Below the pieces are notes generated by a model, which worked only from the letters and a program-made list of their open reading frames with translations, had not been told where the DNA came from and made no database searches. Shown in pieces: positions 39,125 through 48,120 of a stretch of 64,000 bases of DNA (its first letter is position 1; each line of letters begins with the position of its first letter). A program made the translations under genes and the position numbers. Origin of the DNA: an uncultured delta proteobacterium (GTDB lineage: Bacteria; Desulfobacterota; Binatia; UBA9968); NCBI GenBank assembly GCA_963760795.1, contig CAVXEP010000029.1:352001-416000 (forward strand), given 5' to 3'.

Positions 39125-40645
39125 TCACTGTTGATCGAGGATGCGCCGGATCAACTCCATGTTTAAGCTCTCTCGGACGTGAGCGGCGAGCCGGTCGTAT
39201 TGCTCGTCAGCGGAAAATATCGCGGGGCTCGCACCGAGCGTCAGTCCTTTTCGTTCGACGAGTTCGAGCAATATCGCCCGGCGCAATTCATGGTTGTGAA
39301 ACAGGCCGTGAATGTAGGTGCCGACCACGTTGCCATCGGCGCTGAGAGTTCCGTCGCCATCGGAGCAGATTTGCTGGGAGCGTTGTTCGATTAGAAACGG
39401 TTGCGACGCGCCCAGCCTTTCAGATTGCCCCATGTGAATCTCATATCCGGAAATGACCGCATTCTGCGCTTTAGCGAGCAGGCCGAAACCAGCCAAACTG
39501 CGCGCGCGAACTTGATGGGTCGATTTCACCGGGAGAAAGCGTGTCGCCACTGGCAAGAGTCCCATGCCGGCGGTCAGCGCCGTCGATGACTCGATCAGTT
39601 CGGGATCGTGAATGGCGCTGCCAAGCATCTGATAGCCGGCGCAAATACCGATAATCGGGATGCCAGCCGAAGCCGCGCGAAGAATCTCCTGTTCGCGGCC
39701 GTTACTGCGGAGATAACCGAGATCAGCCACCGTCGCTTTGCTTCCAGGGAGAATAATCAGGTCAGGTTCGCCAAGATCGTCGCCGGCTTCGACGTAACGC
39801 AGCCGCACGCGCGGTTCCCGTTCAAAGGGATCGAAGTCATCGAAGTTGGCGATATGCGGCAGCGCAATGACGGCGATATCGAGGTCGAAGTCGCGGCGAT
39901 TTTTCATCATGTAGCGTTTTTCCAAGGCGATGGAATCCTCCTCGGCGATATGAATATCGTGGTAAAAGGGCACCACGCCCGCAACCGGCACGCCGGTGCG
40001 CGCTTCGAGCCAATCCAGTCCTGGCGTGAGCAGGGAGACATCGCCGCGAAACTTATTGACGATAAACGCTTTGACGCGCTCTTTCTCCGCACCATCGAGT
40101 AACTCCAAGGTTCCTACCAACGCCGCGAAGATGCCGCCCCGGTCGATATCGGCCGCCAGTAACACCGGCGCGTTGCAGTACAGCGCGACTTTCATGTTCA
40201 CGAGGTCGCGATCCTTGAGATTGATCTCAGCGGGACTACCGGCGCCCTCGATGACAACGACATCATAAACAGAGCGCAGTTGGTCGAGGGACTCCGTGAT
40301 CGCGCACCAGAGCTGGGTTTTAAGTTGGGGAAAGCGCGCCGCGGAGATTCGCGTCAGCGGTTTGCCCCGGACGATAATCTGCGCGTGATTATCGCTTTCC
40401 GGTTTCAACAGCACCGGGTTCATTGCGACCGTCGGCGCAATGCCCGCCGCTTCGGCTTGGACCACTTGGGCGCGGCCGATCTCGTCGCCGGCGGCGGTGA
40501 CGAAGGAGTTGAGCGACATGTTTTGCGCCTTGAACGGCGCGACTCTCAAGCCCTGCTGTTTGAAAATACGGCACAACGCCGTGACCAGGATGCTTTTGCC
40601 GACCGATGAACCGGTTCCTTGGACCATTAGCGTTTTGGCGAGCAT
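39125..40645 (-). CDS. cobQ: Cobyric acid synthase
   Basis: MVQGTGSSVGKS, PFKAQNMSLNS, EGAGSPAEINL, DIDRGG, GICAGYQMLG and GTYIHG. Confidence 0.97.
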   Translation of the reverse strand: MLAKTLMVQGTGSSVGKSILVTALCRIFKQQGLRVAPFKAQNMSLNSFVTAAGDEIGRAQVVQAEAAGIAPTVAMNPVLLKPESDNHAQIIVRGKPLTRISAARFPQLKTQLWCAITESLDQLRSVYDVVVIEGAGSPAEINLKDRDLVNMKVALYCNAPVLLAADIDRGGIFAALVGTLELLDGAEKERVKAFIVNKFRGDVSLLTPGLDWLEARTGVPVAGVVPFYHDIHIAEEDSIALEKRYMMKNRRDFDLDIAVIALPHIANFDDFDPFEREPRVRLRYVEAGDDLGEPDLIILPGSKATVADLGYLRSNGREQEILRAASAGIPIIGICAGYQMLGSAIHDPELIESSTALTAGMGLLPVATRFLPVKSTHQVRARSLAGFGLLAKAQNAVISGYEIHMGQSERLGASQPFLIEQRSQQICSDGDGTLSADGNVVGTYIHGLFHNHELRRAILLELVERKGLTLGASPAIFSADEQYDRLAAHVRESLNMELIRRILDQQ

Positions 40646-40667
40646 ATTTGTGCGTTCGGGTGGGAGA

Positions 40668-41462
40668 TCACTTGGAAAATGGATGGCGCGGTACGAAGTA
40701 GCGTGGGCGCGAATCGGTTCCGGCGATCGCTGTCATGTCGACGTCCAGTAGCGCTTTGATGCTGGCTTCATTGATGACGTCGGCGATGGGACCGAAGCCA
40801 CGGAGCGCGCCGTCGGTCAGTAGTAGCGCGCGGTCGGCGAACAACGACGCCAGATTGACATCATGCAGTACGATGACCACGGTAATTTGCTCGTCCACGC
40901 ATAGCCGTCTCAATGCCGAAAGAATTTGTAATTGAAACTTGAGATCGAGATGCAGCGTCGGCTCGTCGAGAAGTATGACCCGAGCCGATTGAGCCAAGGC
41001 GCGGGCGATCAAAACTTTCTGCTTCTCGCCGCCGCTCAGCGTGTTGAACTGCCGGTCGCTCAGTTCAATCGCCGCGGTTCTTTCCAACGCGTTGGCAACG
41101 GCGAGTTTATCGGCGACGGATTCCTTGCCGCGCGCGCCATGGGGATAACGGCCGAGGGATACCAGCTCGCGTGCGGTCAGGGGAAAGTTTAATGCGGGTT
41201 GCTGGGAAACATAGGCGATGGTTTGCGCTCGCGCTTTGGGTTGATAAGTCGATAGAGCTTGGCCGTGTAGCGTCACCGTGCCGGAGTTCGGCGCCAGCAG
41301 GCCGAGCAAGATCTTGAGGAGTGTGGTTTTGCCCGAGCCGTTGGGGCCGATTAGGGCGATGAGTTCTCCGGCGGCGATGGCAAAGGAAAGGTTATTTAAC
41401 AGCAGGCCGCCGTTGTAGCCAAAGGAGATATTGCGGACTTCGAGTGCGCTCGTCGACGTCAT
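40668..41462 (-). CDS. btuD: Cobalamin/Fe-siderophore ABC transporter ATPase
   Basis: GPNGSGKT, LSGGEKQ, LLDEPT.HLD and VLHD; located in a B12 riboswitch operon. Confidence 0.88.
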   Translation of the reverse strand: MTSTSALEVRNISFGYNGGLLLNNLSFAIAAGELIALIGPNGSGKTTLLKILLGLLAPNSGTVTLHGQALSTYQPKARAQTIAYVSQQPALNFPLTARELVSLGRYPHGARGKESVADKLAVANALERTAAIELSDRQFNTLSGGEKQKVLIARALAQSARVILLDEPTLHLDLKFQLQILSALRRLCVDEQITVVIVLHDVNLASLFADRALLLTDGALRGFGPIADVINEASIKALLDVDMTAIAGTDSRPRYFVPRHPFSK

Positions 41463-41466
41463 CTTA

Positions 41467-42441
41467 TCAACCCAGGTCGCTCGACTCTTTACGGATCATG
41501 TACAGAAAAACCGGCACACCAACCAGTGAGGTGACGATGCCGACCGGCAATTCCGCCGGCGCCATGACGGTGCGCGCTGCGGCGTCACAGAGCACGAGAA
41601 AAATCCCGCCGGAAAAAAATACCAGCGGCAACAAAGTTCGATGATCGGCACCGAAACTCAAGCGGATCATATGCGGCACGATTAATCCGACGAACCCGAT
41701 CAAGCCCGCCACCGATACCGAAATCGACGTCAGCAGCGCCGCGACAATGGCAAAGAGCAGTTGAATGCGACCGGTGCGAACCCCGCTGCTTTGCGCGGTT
41801 TCCTCCCCGAGCAGGAGTATATTTAACTCGGGCGCGAAGTAACAGGCGGTGAGCGCGGCCAGAGGTATGCACGCCAGGGAAACCCAGGTGGTATCCCAAC
41901 TTGTGCTGGAAAAGCCGCCGAGAAAGAAAAATATCAGCGCTTTCAATTCTTCGCCGGCCATCAGCATGAAGATGGCGACCAGCGATGATAGAAACAGACC
42001 GACACCCAAACCTGAGAGCAGCAAACGAAAGATCGAGAATCCGCCTTGGCGATGGCCGAAATAGAAGACCAAGGCGAGGGCGGCCAGCGATCCGGCAAAA
42101 GCGAAGACACTGACGGCGGCGAAGCTCGCCAGCGGCGAGGCAAGCTTCAACACGATCGCCGCGGCTGCGCCCAATGACGCGCCGGAGGAGACGCCGAGTA
42201 GGTAGCTATCGGCGATGGGGTTACGAAACAGACCTTGAAAGATCGCGCCGGCCAGGGCCAAGCCGCCGCCCACCAGGAAGGCCGATAGGACGCGCGGCAG
42301 GCGCAGGTTGAACAAGATTTCTTTATCTGTAGCGGACATGGCAAATAACGAGATCGGCACCGGTCCGATGCTCAAGCTAATCAGGATGACGGCCAAGATG
42401 CATGCGGGGATAAGCCATACATGCAAACTTTGCCGGTTCAC
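41467..42441 (-). CDS. btuC: FecCD-family permease (cobalamin uptake)
   Basis: LRLPR, QGLFRNPIAD..LLGVSSGA, IGFVGLIVPH and ELPVG motifs. Confidence 0.9.
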   Translation of the reverse strand: MNRQSLHVWLIPACILAVILISLSIGPVPISLFAMSATDKEILFNLRLPRVLSAFLVGGGLALAGAIFQGLFRNPIADSYLLGVSSGASLGAAAAIVLKLASPLASFAAVSVFAFAGSLAALALVFYFGHRQGGFSIFRLLLSGLGVGLFLSSLVAIFMLMAGEELKALIFFFLGGFSSTSWDTTWVSLACIPLAALTACYFAPELNILLLGEETAQSSGVRTGRIQLLFAIVAALLTSISVSVAGLIGFVGLIVPHMIRLSFGADHRTLLPLVFFSGGIFLVLCDAAARTVMAPAELPVGIVTSLVGVPVFLYMIRKESSDLG

Positions 42442-43364
42442 TTGAACTCCGTTAATAACCGTTGCCCGTCTACGGGTTTACGGAGGAGGCAGCTTTGCAG
42501 CTTTGCCATGCCGTCGATGAACATAATACTGCGGCGAATGTCAGGCTCGTCGATGAAACAGAAGTGGCCGTCGCGCACGCCCTGGATCGACGACCAGCCG
42601 GGACGGCGCGGGAGCGTTTTTACGAACGACGCCTGTTCGGCGAGAAAGATCAGCACTTCGGGATTTCTCTGGATCAGCGATTCCAATCCGACCTGCCCCG
42701 AGTCAAATGACATGTCGCCGAAAATATTGACGCCACCAGCGGCGCTGACGAGCCAGTCGGTGAACGATGCTTTGCCGACGGTGATCAACGGCTCGGTCCA
42801 CATCTGTAAATAGGCGCGCTTTTTCGGCATAGCCTGCGCCTTGGTTGCAATCGCCTGAAAACGTCGCTGCATATCGTCGATAAAGCTCTGCGCTTTATGA
42901 TCCTGCCCGAGCAGCTCGCCGAGAAGCAAGAAATCTTTCACCAAGCCAGCCATGTCACGCGGCCACAGACTTACGACCGCATAGCCCAGATTCTTAAGCG
43001 GCACCGCGAAGCGCTGCTGGGTTGGCCCGTTGGTGAGTATGAGATCGGGTTGGAGCTGGACGATCTTCTCCAAATTCGCGTCGAAGCCGCCGCCGATGAT
43101 TTCAGTTTGCTTGCGCTGGATTCTGCTAACCAATTCCTCGGGAAAAAAGTCGTAACGGGTGCCGCCTTTCAAGCGCTGGCAATCCAACAAGCACACCATC
43201 TCCGAATTCGTCGGCACCAGCGAGACGACCCTGCGAATATCCCGTTTGACAGTGACTTTAAAACCCAGATCGTCGACGATGGTTCTGCTTCCGGCCGCTG
43301 CCAGAGCGACGGAACTTAACAGTGTCGCGAGAGCGTAAATCAATATTATCCTCAGACACTGCAT
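42438..43364 (-). CDS. btuF: Cobalamin-binding periplasmic protein
   Basis: DDLG..V, RVVSLVPTNSE, NLEKIV.LQPDL and AGGVNIF; signal peptide. Confidence 0.85.
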   Translation of the reverse strand: MQCLRIILIYALATLLSSVALAAAGSRTIVDDLGFKVTVKRDIRRVVSLVPTNSEMVCLLDCQRLKGGTRYDFFPEELVSRIQRKQTEIIGGGFDANLEKIVQLQPDLILTNGPTQQRFAVPLKNLGYAVVSLWPRDMAGLVKDFLLLGELLGQDHKAQSFIDDMQRRFQAIATKAQAMPKKRAYLQMWTEPLITVGKASFTDWLVSAAGGVNIFGDMSFDSGQVGLESLIQRNPEVLIFLAEQASFVKTLPRRPGWSSIQGVRDGHFCFIDEPDIRRSIMFIDGMAKLQSCLLRKPVDGQRLLTEFK

Positions 43365-43403
43365 ACCTTACATGGCCTTGCGCGCTTTCAAGAATGCTTT
43401 CAT

Positions 43404-45431
43404 CTAGTACTTGAACGACAGACCGGCGAAGACGTTAAACGTCGGCGCGGGAACACGGAACGGTTCGGTGACCAATATACCGGAGGTCGAATACTTTCGG
43501 TTGGTCAAGTTGTTGAAGTTGACGTATCCGGTCCATTGTTTCCACTGATAGGCAACGCGGCTGTTGAGGACAAAATAGTCATTGATCTTCTTGGCTTGAT
43601 TGGGCTCGTCACTCTGCATGAATTGCGAGCCAACATAGTTGCCGAACAGCGAAACGGTTAAGCCTTCGATGGGATAGGTATTGATGCCTACGCCGACACG
43701 GTGGCGCGGCACGAGCGGCAGATCGTCGCCTTTTCTCACCTGGCCGGAAAAGAGCAGGACATCGGTATCAAACGTGGCTTTCATGGCGGTGTAATTGACA
43801 AACGCATCGAGCCACTTTTGGTAACGAGCTTTTAGTGAGAGCTCGATGCCCCGGCGCAAGGTGCGGGAAATATTCTCATTGCGACCGAAGAACAAAAGAG
43901 GGTCCGTGACTATAAAAAGAATCTCATCACGCACGGGCGTGTAAAACAGCGCCAGCGACGCTTCGAGCCAATCTTGCAGCTGAGTTTTGGCGCCAAGCTC
44001 GAAATTACGGCTTGTCATGGCCTTCAGATCTGGATTGGAGCCGAACGGTCCCTGCGCGAATAGTTCGTCGACCGTTGGAATTCGCACTCCCTCTGAGTAA
44101 CTAAAGGAAAAGCTCAAATTCTTCACCGGCGTATACACGAGCCCGGCCTTTGGGCTGACGCGGTCGTAGGTCTTTATACCGCTGAGAGTTGGATCGATTT
44201 CATCAGTAAAGTTTAGACGATCCCAGTCGTAACGGAAGCCGCCATTAAAGACCAACGATTCGAACAGATGAAAACTATCAGTGAGAAAGATACCCGCGAC
44301 ATCTTCCTTAGTCGACCGTAAGTTTTGGAACGTGAAAGCCGGCAAGAAGATCCCCGCGTTAGCTGTGTCGAATTTATTCCGGGTGTATTCGACTCCGAAG
44401 GTCAAAAGATTCTTTTTGTTCAGGATGGCGCCCTCGTGGCTTGCCTGAAGCGTCGTGCCACCGGAATTCGTCTCCGTCTGGAGAGTCGCCTCACTGCTTA
44501 AGCCGCGAGTAAACAGCTCGATATCGTTGCGTCGGAAGAATCCGTTGAGCGCAACTGAGAAACCCATCGGAAGTTTTTGGGTCAAATTGAGCGCGACTTG
44601 ATGGAGATTGTCTTTTTGCTGATCGCCCGGAGTCAGATTGTCGTTCCTATCGACGCGCAGCCGACTAGCCGGTAGCGATCCCGCCTGACTGATATTATCG
44701 AGCACGCGCGTATAGGCGAGGCTGGCGTCGGTGTTGTCGCCGAGCCGATAACCGAGTTTTGTGAGCAGACGCGTGATCGTCGCGCCGGCGTGCCGCGAGC
44801 CGAATTCCTCTCGATAACCGTTGGTCAGCTCGCGCGTGACACCGAAGTAGTAGTCAAAGTTGGGGATCAACGGCAGCGGACCATCGGTGCTGAACGTGTA
44901 TCGTTGCCTGCCGTAGCTGCCGCCGCCGATGTTCATGCCGACGTGCGGCCGGTCCGTGCGCCCGCGCTTGGTCGTGATATTTATGACCCCGGCGAGCGCG
45001 TTGCGGCCAAATACGGTTGCGGTTCCAGGCAAAATCTCGATGCGTTCGATGTCTTCGATCGGTATTAGATTAAAATTGATCGTATTAAAATCGGGTTCAT
45101 TGACTCGGACGCCGTCGACGAAGACGCTGGTTGCCGTCACCGGTTGGGCGTTGAAGCCGCGCATGTCGACGGTCTGCTGAAACTCGTTGCCAACAGCGTC
45201 GTAGAGCACGATGCCGGTTTGATACTGCAGGACTTCTTGAACTGTCTTGGCGCCGAGTTTTTCAATTTCCTCGGCGGTGACGACGATGACTTTGCCGGGA
45301 ACCTGACTCGCCGGTTGTTCGATATCGCGAAGCCGGCTCGAAGTGACCACCACGGGCGGCAGTGTGTCTTGGGTCTGCGATACTGCCGGCGCGCCCAGCA
45401 AAAACAGTAAAACTAAACCTCGTGCCTTCAT
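43404..45431 (-). CDS. btuB: TonB-dependent outer-membrane receptor (B12 uptake)
   Basis: TonB box VVVTSSR, plug VFVDGVRVN..IERIEILPG, aromatic C-terminus; directly downstream of a cobalamin riboswitch. Confidence 0.88.
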   Translation of the reverse strand: MKARGLVLLFLLGAPAVSQTQDTLPPVVVTSSRLRDIEQPASQVPGKVIVVTAEEIEKLGAKTVQEVLQYQTGIVLYDAVGNEFQQTVDMRGFNAQPVTATSVFVDGVRVNEPDFNTINFNLIPIEDIERIEILPGTATVFGRNALAGVINITTKRGRTDRPHVGMNIGGGSYGRQRYTFSTDGPLPLIPNFDYYFGVTRELTNGYREEFGSRHAGATITRLLTKLGYRLGDNTDASLAYTRVLDNISQAGSLPASRLRVDRNDNLTPGDQQKDNLHQVALNLTQKLPMGFSVALNGFFRRNDIELFTRGLSSEATLQTETNSGGTTLQASHEGAILNKKNLLTFGVEYTRNKFDTANAGIFLPAFTFQNLRSTKEDVAGIFLTDSFHLFESLVFNGGFRYDWDRLNFTDEIDPTLSGIKTYDRVSPKAGLVYTPVKNLSFSFSYSEGVRIPTVDELFAQGPFGSNPDLKAMTSRNFELGAKTQLQDWLEASLALFYTPVRDEILFIVTDPLLFFGRNENISRTLRRGIELSLKARYQKWLDAFVNYTAMKATFDTDVLLFSGQVRKGDDLPLVPRHRVGVGINTYPIEGLTVSLFGNYVGSQFMQSDEPNQAKKINDYFVLNSRVAYQWKQWTGYVNFNNLTNRKYSTSGILVTEPFRVPAPTFNVFAGLSFKY

Positions 45432-45474
45432 GAAACCCTCCTTCTCCCGCGAAAGGGGAACGTTGTGGCGGAGC

Positions 45475-45700
45475 GGACAGGTCTCCTGACTTGAGCATCA
45501 AGCCTAATCGCTGCGTCTTCCCATCGGCGCCGCGCCGACAGTGACTCGATTGCAGCTTTCGTAGCTCTTACAGTTGCGGGGCAGCAGAGGCATTCTCCGA
45601 AAAGCTTGAAAGACGAAGGATGAAATTTCATCCTGCCGTCTATTTCCTTCATTCTTTTGGAGTCACATCTTTCCCTTAGCTCGCTCTGCGGTTGATAAGT
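45475..45700 (-). ncRNA. Cobalamin riboswitch with a 68-nt inserted hairpin
   Basis: Minus strand: AAGGGAA...GCTGCCCCGCAACTGT...GTCACTG...GGGAAG...AAGTCAGGAGACCTG (B12 box). Confidence 0.9.
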
Positions 45701-45724
45701 CTAGCTACTATGGCCTCCCTAGAT

Positions 45725-46480
45725 TCATCGTTTGGCATTCGAAAGTTGAAATTCGATCGGTATCTTCACCCAAGTCTCCACCGGTTTACCACTGGCGCGG
45801 GCCGGCACGAAGCGCCATTTCTTGAGCGCTTCGGTGGCGGCCTGGTCGAGCATGTCGTGGCCGGAGCTGGTATTGACCTCGATCAATTTGGATCTACCCT
45901 CTTCATCGACAAGCACGCGCAAGAGTACTCGGCCTTCTTTGCCTTCACGCCGGGCGCTATCCGGGTAATGAGGCTGCGGGGTTTCGCGATAGCGGGCTTG
46001 AGTGAAAGGCGCTCCAACTTGTGCCGTTCCTGAACCTTCGCCGTTGCCGGAACCGTTGCCCGAGCCACTGCCCGATCTTCCTCCTGCGCGATTATCTCCG
46101 CCAGGTCCGTTGTCGCTCCCGTAACTGCCACTCGTGTTGTTGGAAGCACCAACTACCGAGACGCCAGTGATCGACGTTTCGATCGTATCAGCGACAGCAG
46201 ACGGAATTTCGGTTGGCAATCGTTCTAACTCGGCGGGGGCCAAGGTCGGCGCGATATCGCCGGTGCGCCCAGGGGGTGTTGTAGCGATGTTCTTCGCAGT
46301 GACTCGATCCGCCGCGGCATGCCCGCCGCCGGAACCTCCGCTGTCTTCAGTTGCGGATTCGATTGGCAAGATCGTCACCATGATGGCGCGCTCAGCTCCG
46401 TGTCCATTCAATGAAATGGGAATCAGGATCGCTGTTGCATGGACTGCGAACGATAGGAAAAAAAATAGTGCCAGCTTCAT
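45725..46480 (-). CDS. tonB: Energy transducer TonB
   Basis: N-terminal TM with SxxxH, Gly/Ser linker and P.YP..ARREGKEGRV...SSG..LDQAA..W.F.PA C-terminal domain. Confidence 0.93.
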   Translation of the reverse strand: MKLALFFFLSFAVHATAILIPISLNGHGAERAIMVTILPIESATEDSGGSGGGHAAADRVTAKNIATTPPGRTGDIAPTLAPAELERLPTEIPSAVADTIETSITGVSVVGASNNTSGSYGSDNGPGGDNRAGGRSGSGSGNGSGNGEGSGTAQVGAPFTQARYRETPQPHYPDSARREGKEGRVLLRVLVDEEGRSKLIEVNTSSGHDMLDQAATEALKKWRFVPARASGKPVETWVKIPIEFQLSNAKR

Positions 46481-46562
46481 CCGATCTCACTACTGGCCTC
46501 TGGAACATTGACGGGAAAGATTGCGAAACCTTTCTCTCTTCCGCGGAGAGGCCGGCCGATTC

Positions 46563-46710
46563 GCTCTAGGTAGGTCTCCTGGCTTGGGCTTTTCTCTACT
46601 CGCCGCGCCTTCCCGTTCTCTCGAACAGTGGCTTAGTTGCGGCTTTCGTAGCCTTTACAGTGGCGGGACCGCGCCGGAGTTACACCGGTCTTCCCTTTGA
46701 ACCTAGAGCT
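46563..46710 (-). ncRNA. Cobalamin riboswitch upstream of tonB
   Basis: Minus strand: AAAGGGAAGACCGGTGTAACTCCGGCGCGGTCCCGCCACTGT...GCCACTG...GGGAAGG...AAGCCAGGAGACCT. Confidence 0.95.
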
Positions 46711-46834
46711 GTGAATTTATGTAGGCGGAAACTATAACGTGAAAATATCGCTGTCAAGGCTTTTGATTTCGTCAACGGGACGATTTCGAGAGTTGAGTTG
46801 GGTTTACGGTGGTCCGAAGACTGTGCAGAGATGC

Positions 46835-47074
46835 TTAGCGCCGGCGAAGAACTTCAGCCATCTGATCCAACGCTCTTTCAAGAGCGCTATAGCTCATCGC
46901 GCAAGTGCGGCACACGCACGCGATGTCGCGCGCTTCGGCGGGAAGCATTTCAAGCACGCCTTGCGGCATAGGGTGGGAGAAACACCAGCAATTCTTCTCA
47001 CCCGCGGCTATACCGCATTGATTATTTTCACCGCAGAGCGGACAACGGTGAGCATCGATGTGCAAAACCTTCAC
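46835..47074 (-). CDS. Cysteine-rich CWC family protein
   Basis: CPLCGENNQCG..CWCF..CVCRTC pattern; GTG start after GGGAGA. Confidence 0.85.
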   Translation of the reverse strand: MKVLHIDAHRCPLCGENNQCGIAAGEKNCWCFSHPMPQGVLEMLPAEARDIACVCRTCAMSYSALERALDQMAEVLRRR

Positions 47075-47101
47075 GATAAAGTCTCCCTGACATTTCCTCA
47101 A

Positions 47102-48100
47102 TCAGAACTCCTCGCCGAAGGCGACCTCGCCGTTGATGCCGATCTGATACGCCGAGGCGCGCCTTTCGAAAAAATTGGTCAACTCCTGCACGTCCTGCAA
47201 ATTCATGAACGAAAAAGGATTTCTCGAGCCGAAGAGCTGAGGCATTCTCAACACCGCCAGGCGCTGGTCGGCGATGAATTCGAGATAGGCGCGCATATCC
47301 CGCAACGACAACCCGGCAATGCCTTGGCTTAGGAGGTCCTCGGCGAAGCTCATCTCGCACTCGATGGCTTGCTCAATCATGAGCGCCACTCGGCGCTCCA
47401 GTTCGGCATCGAAAAGTTCAGCCTCTTCCCGACGGATCGTGGCGATCACTTCGAAGGCGAAGGCGATGTGCGCGCTCTCGTCGCGAAAAACCCAGTTGGT
47501 TCCGGCGGCCAAGCCGTTGAGCAGTCCCTTTGAACGAAGGAAATACACGTAAGCGAAAGCGGCGAAGAAAAAGAGTCCTTCGATGCAGGCGGCGAAACAG
47601 ATCAGGTTCAAGAGAAAACTACGGCGGTCTTCCTGCGTCTGAGTTTCATTCAGGTGATGAAGCGATTCGATCCATTGAAAGCAGAAATCGGCTTTTCGGC
47701 GGATCGAGGGGATATTTTGGATCGCCGCGAAGGCTTTTTCGCGCTCGGTCAGATCGGGAATATAGGTATCCAACAGTGTCAAATAGAACTCTACGTGCAG
47801 CGCTTCCTCGAAAAGCTGGCGCGATAGGTAGACCCGCGCCTCCGGCGAGTTCACATGCTTATAAAGGTTGAGCACGAGATTGTTGGAAACGATCGAATCA
47901 CCGGTGGCGAAGAACGCCACGAGACGATGAATCAAGTGGCGTTCTGCCGGAGTCATTCGGGTGGCGAGATCGGTGATGTCGGTGGCGAAATCTACTTCTT
48001 CCACCGTCCAGGTGTTTTTAATCGCGGTCTTGTACATATCGAAGAAGACCGGGTATTTCATCGGCCGCAGGGTGAGCGAGAAGCCGGGATCCAATATCAT
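47102..48100 (-). CDS. nrdB: Ribonucleotide reductase class Ia beta subunit
   Basis: FFATGD, EEALHVEFY (radical Tyr), IEGLFF, RDESAH and TNFFE; LDPGF.LTLRPM N-terminus. Confidence 0.96.
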   Translation of the reverse strand: MILDPGFSLTLRPMKYPVFFDMYKTAIKNTWTVEEVDFATDITDLATRMTPAERHLIHRLVAFFATGDSIVSNNLVLNLYKHVNSPEARVYLSRQLFEEALHVEFYLTLLDTYIPDLTEREKAFAAIQNIPSIRRKADFCFQWIESLHHLNETQTQEDRRSFLLNLICFAACIEGLFFFAAFAYVYFLRSKGLLNGLAAGTNWVFRDESAHIAFAFEVIATIRREEAELFDAELERRVALMIEQAIECEMSFAEDLLSQGIAGLSLRDMRAYLEFIADQRLAVLRMPQLFGSRNPFSFMNLQDVQELTNFFERRASAYQIGINGEVAFGEEF

Positions 48101-48120
48101 GAGGCTCTTACCTTTCTGTG

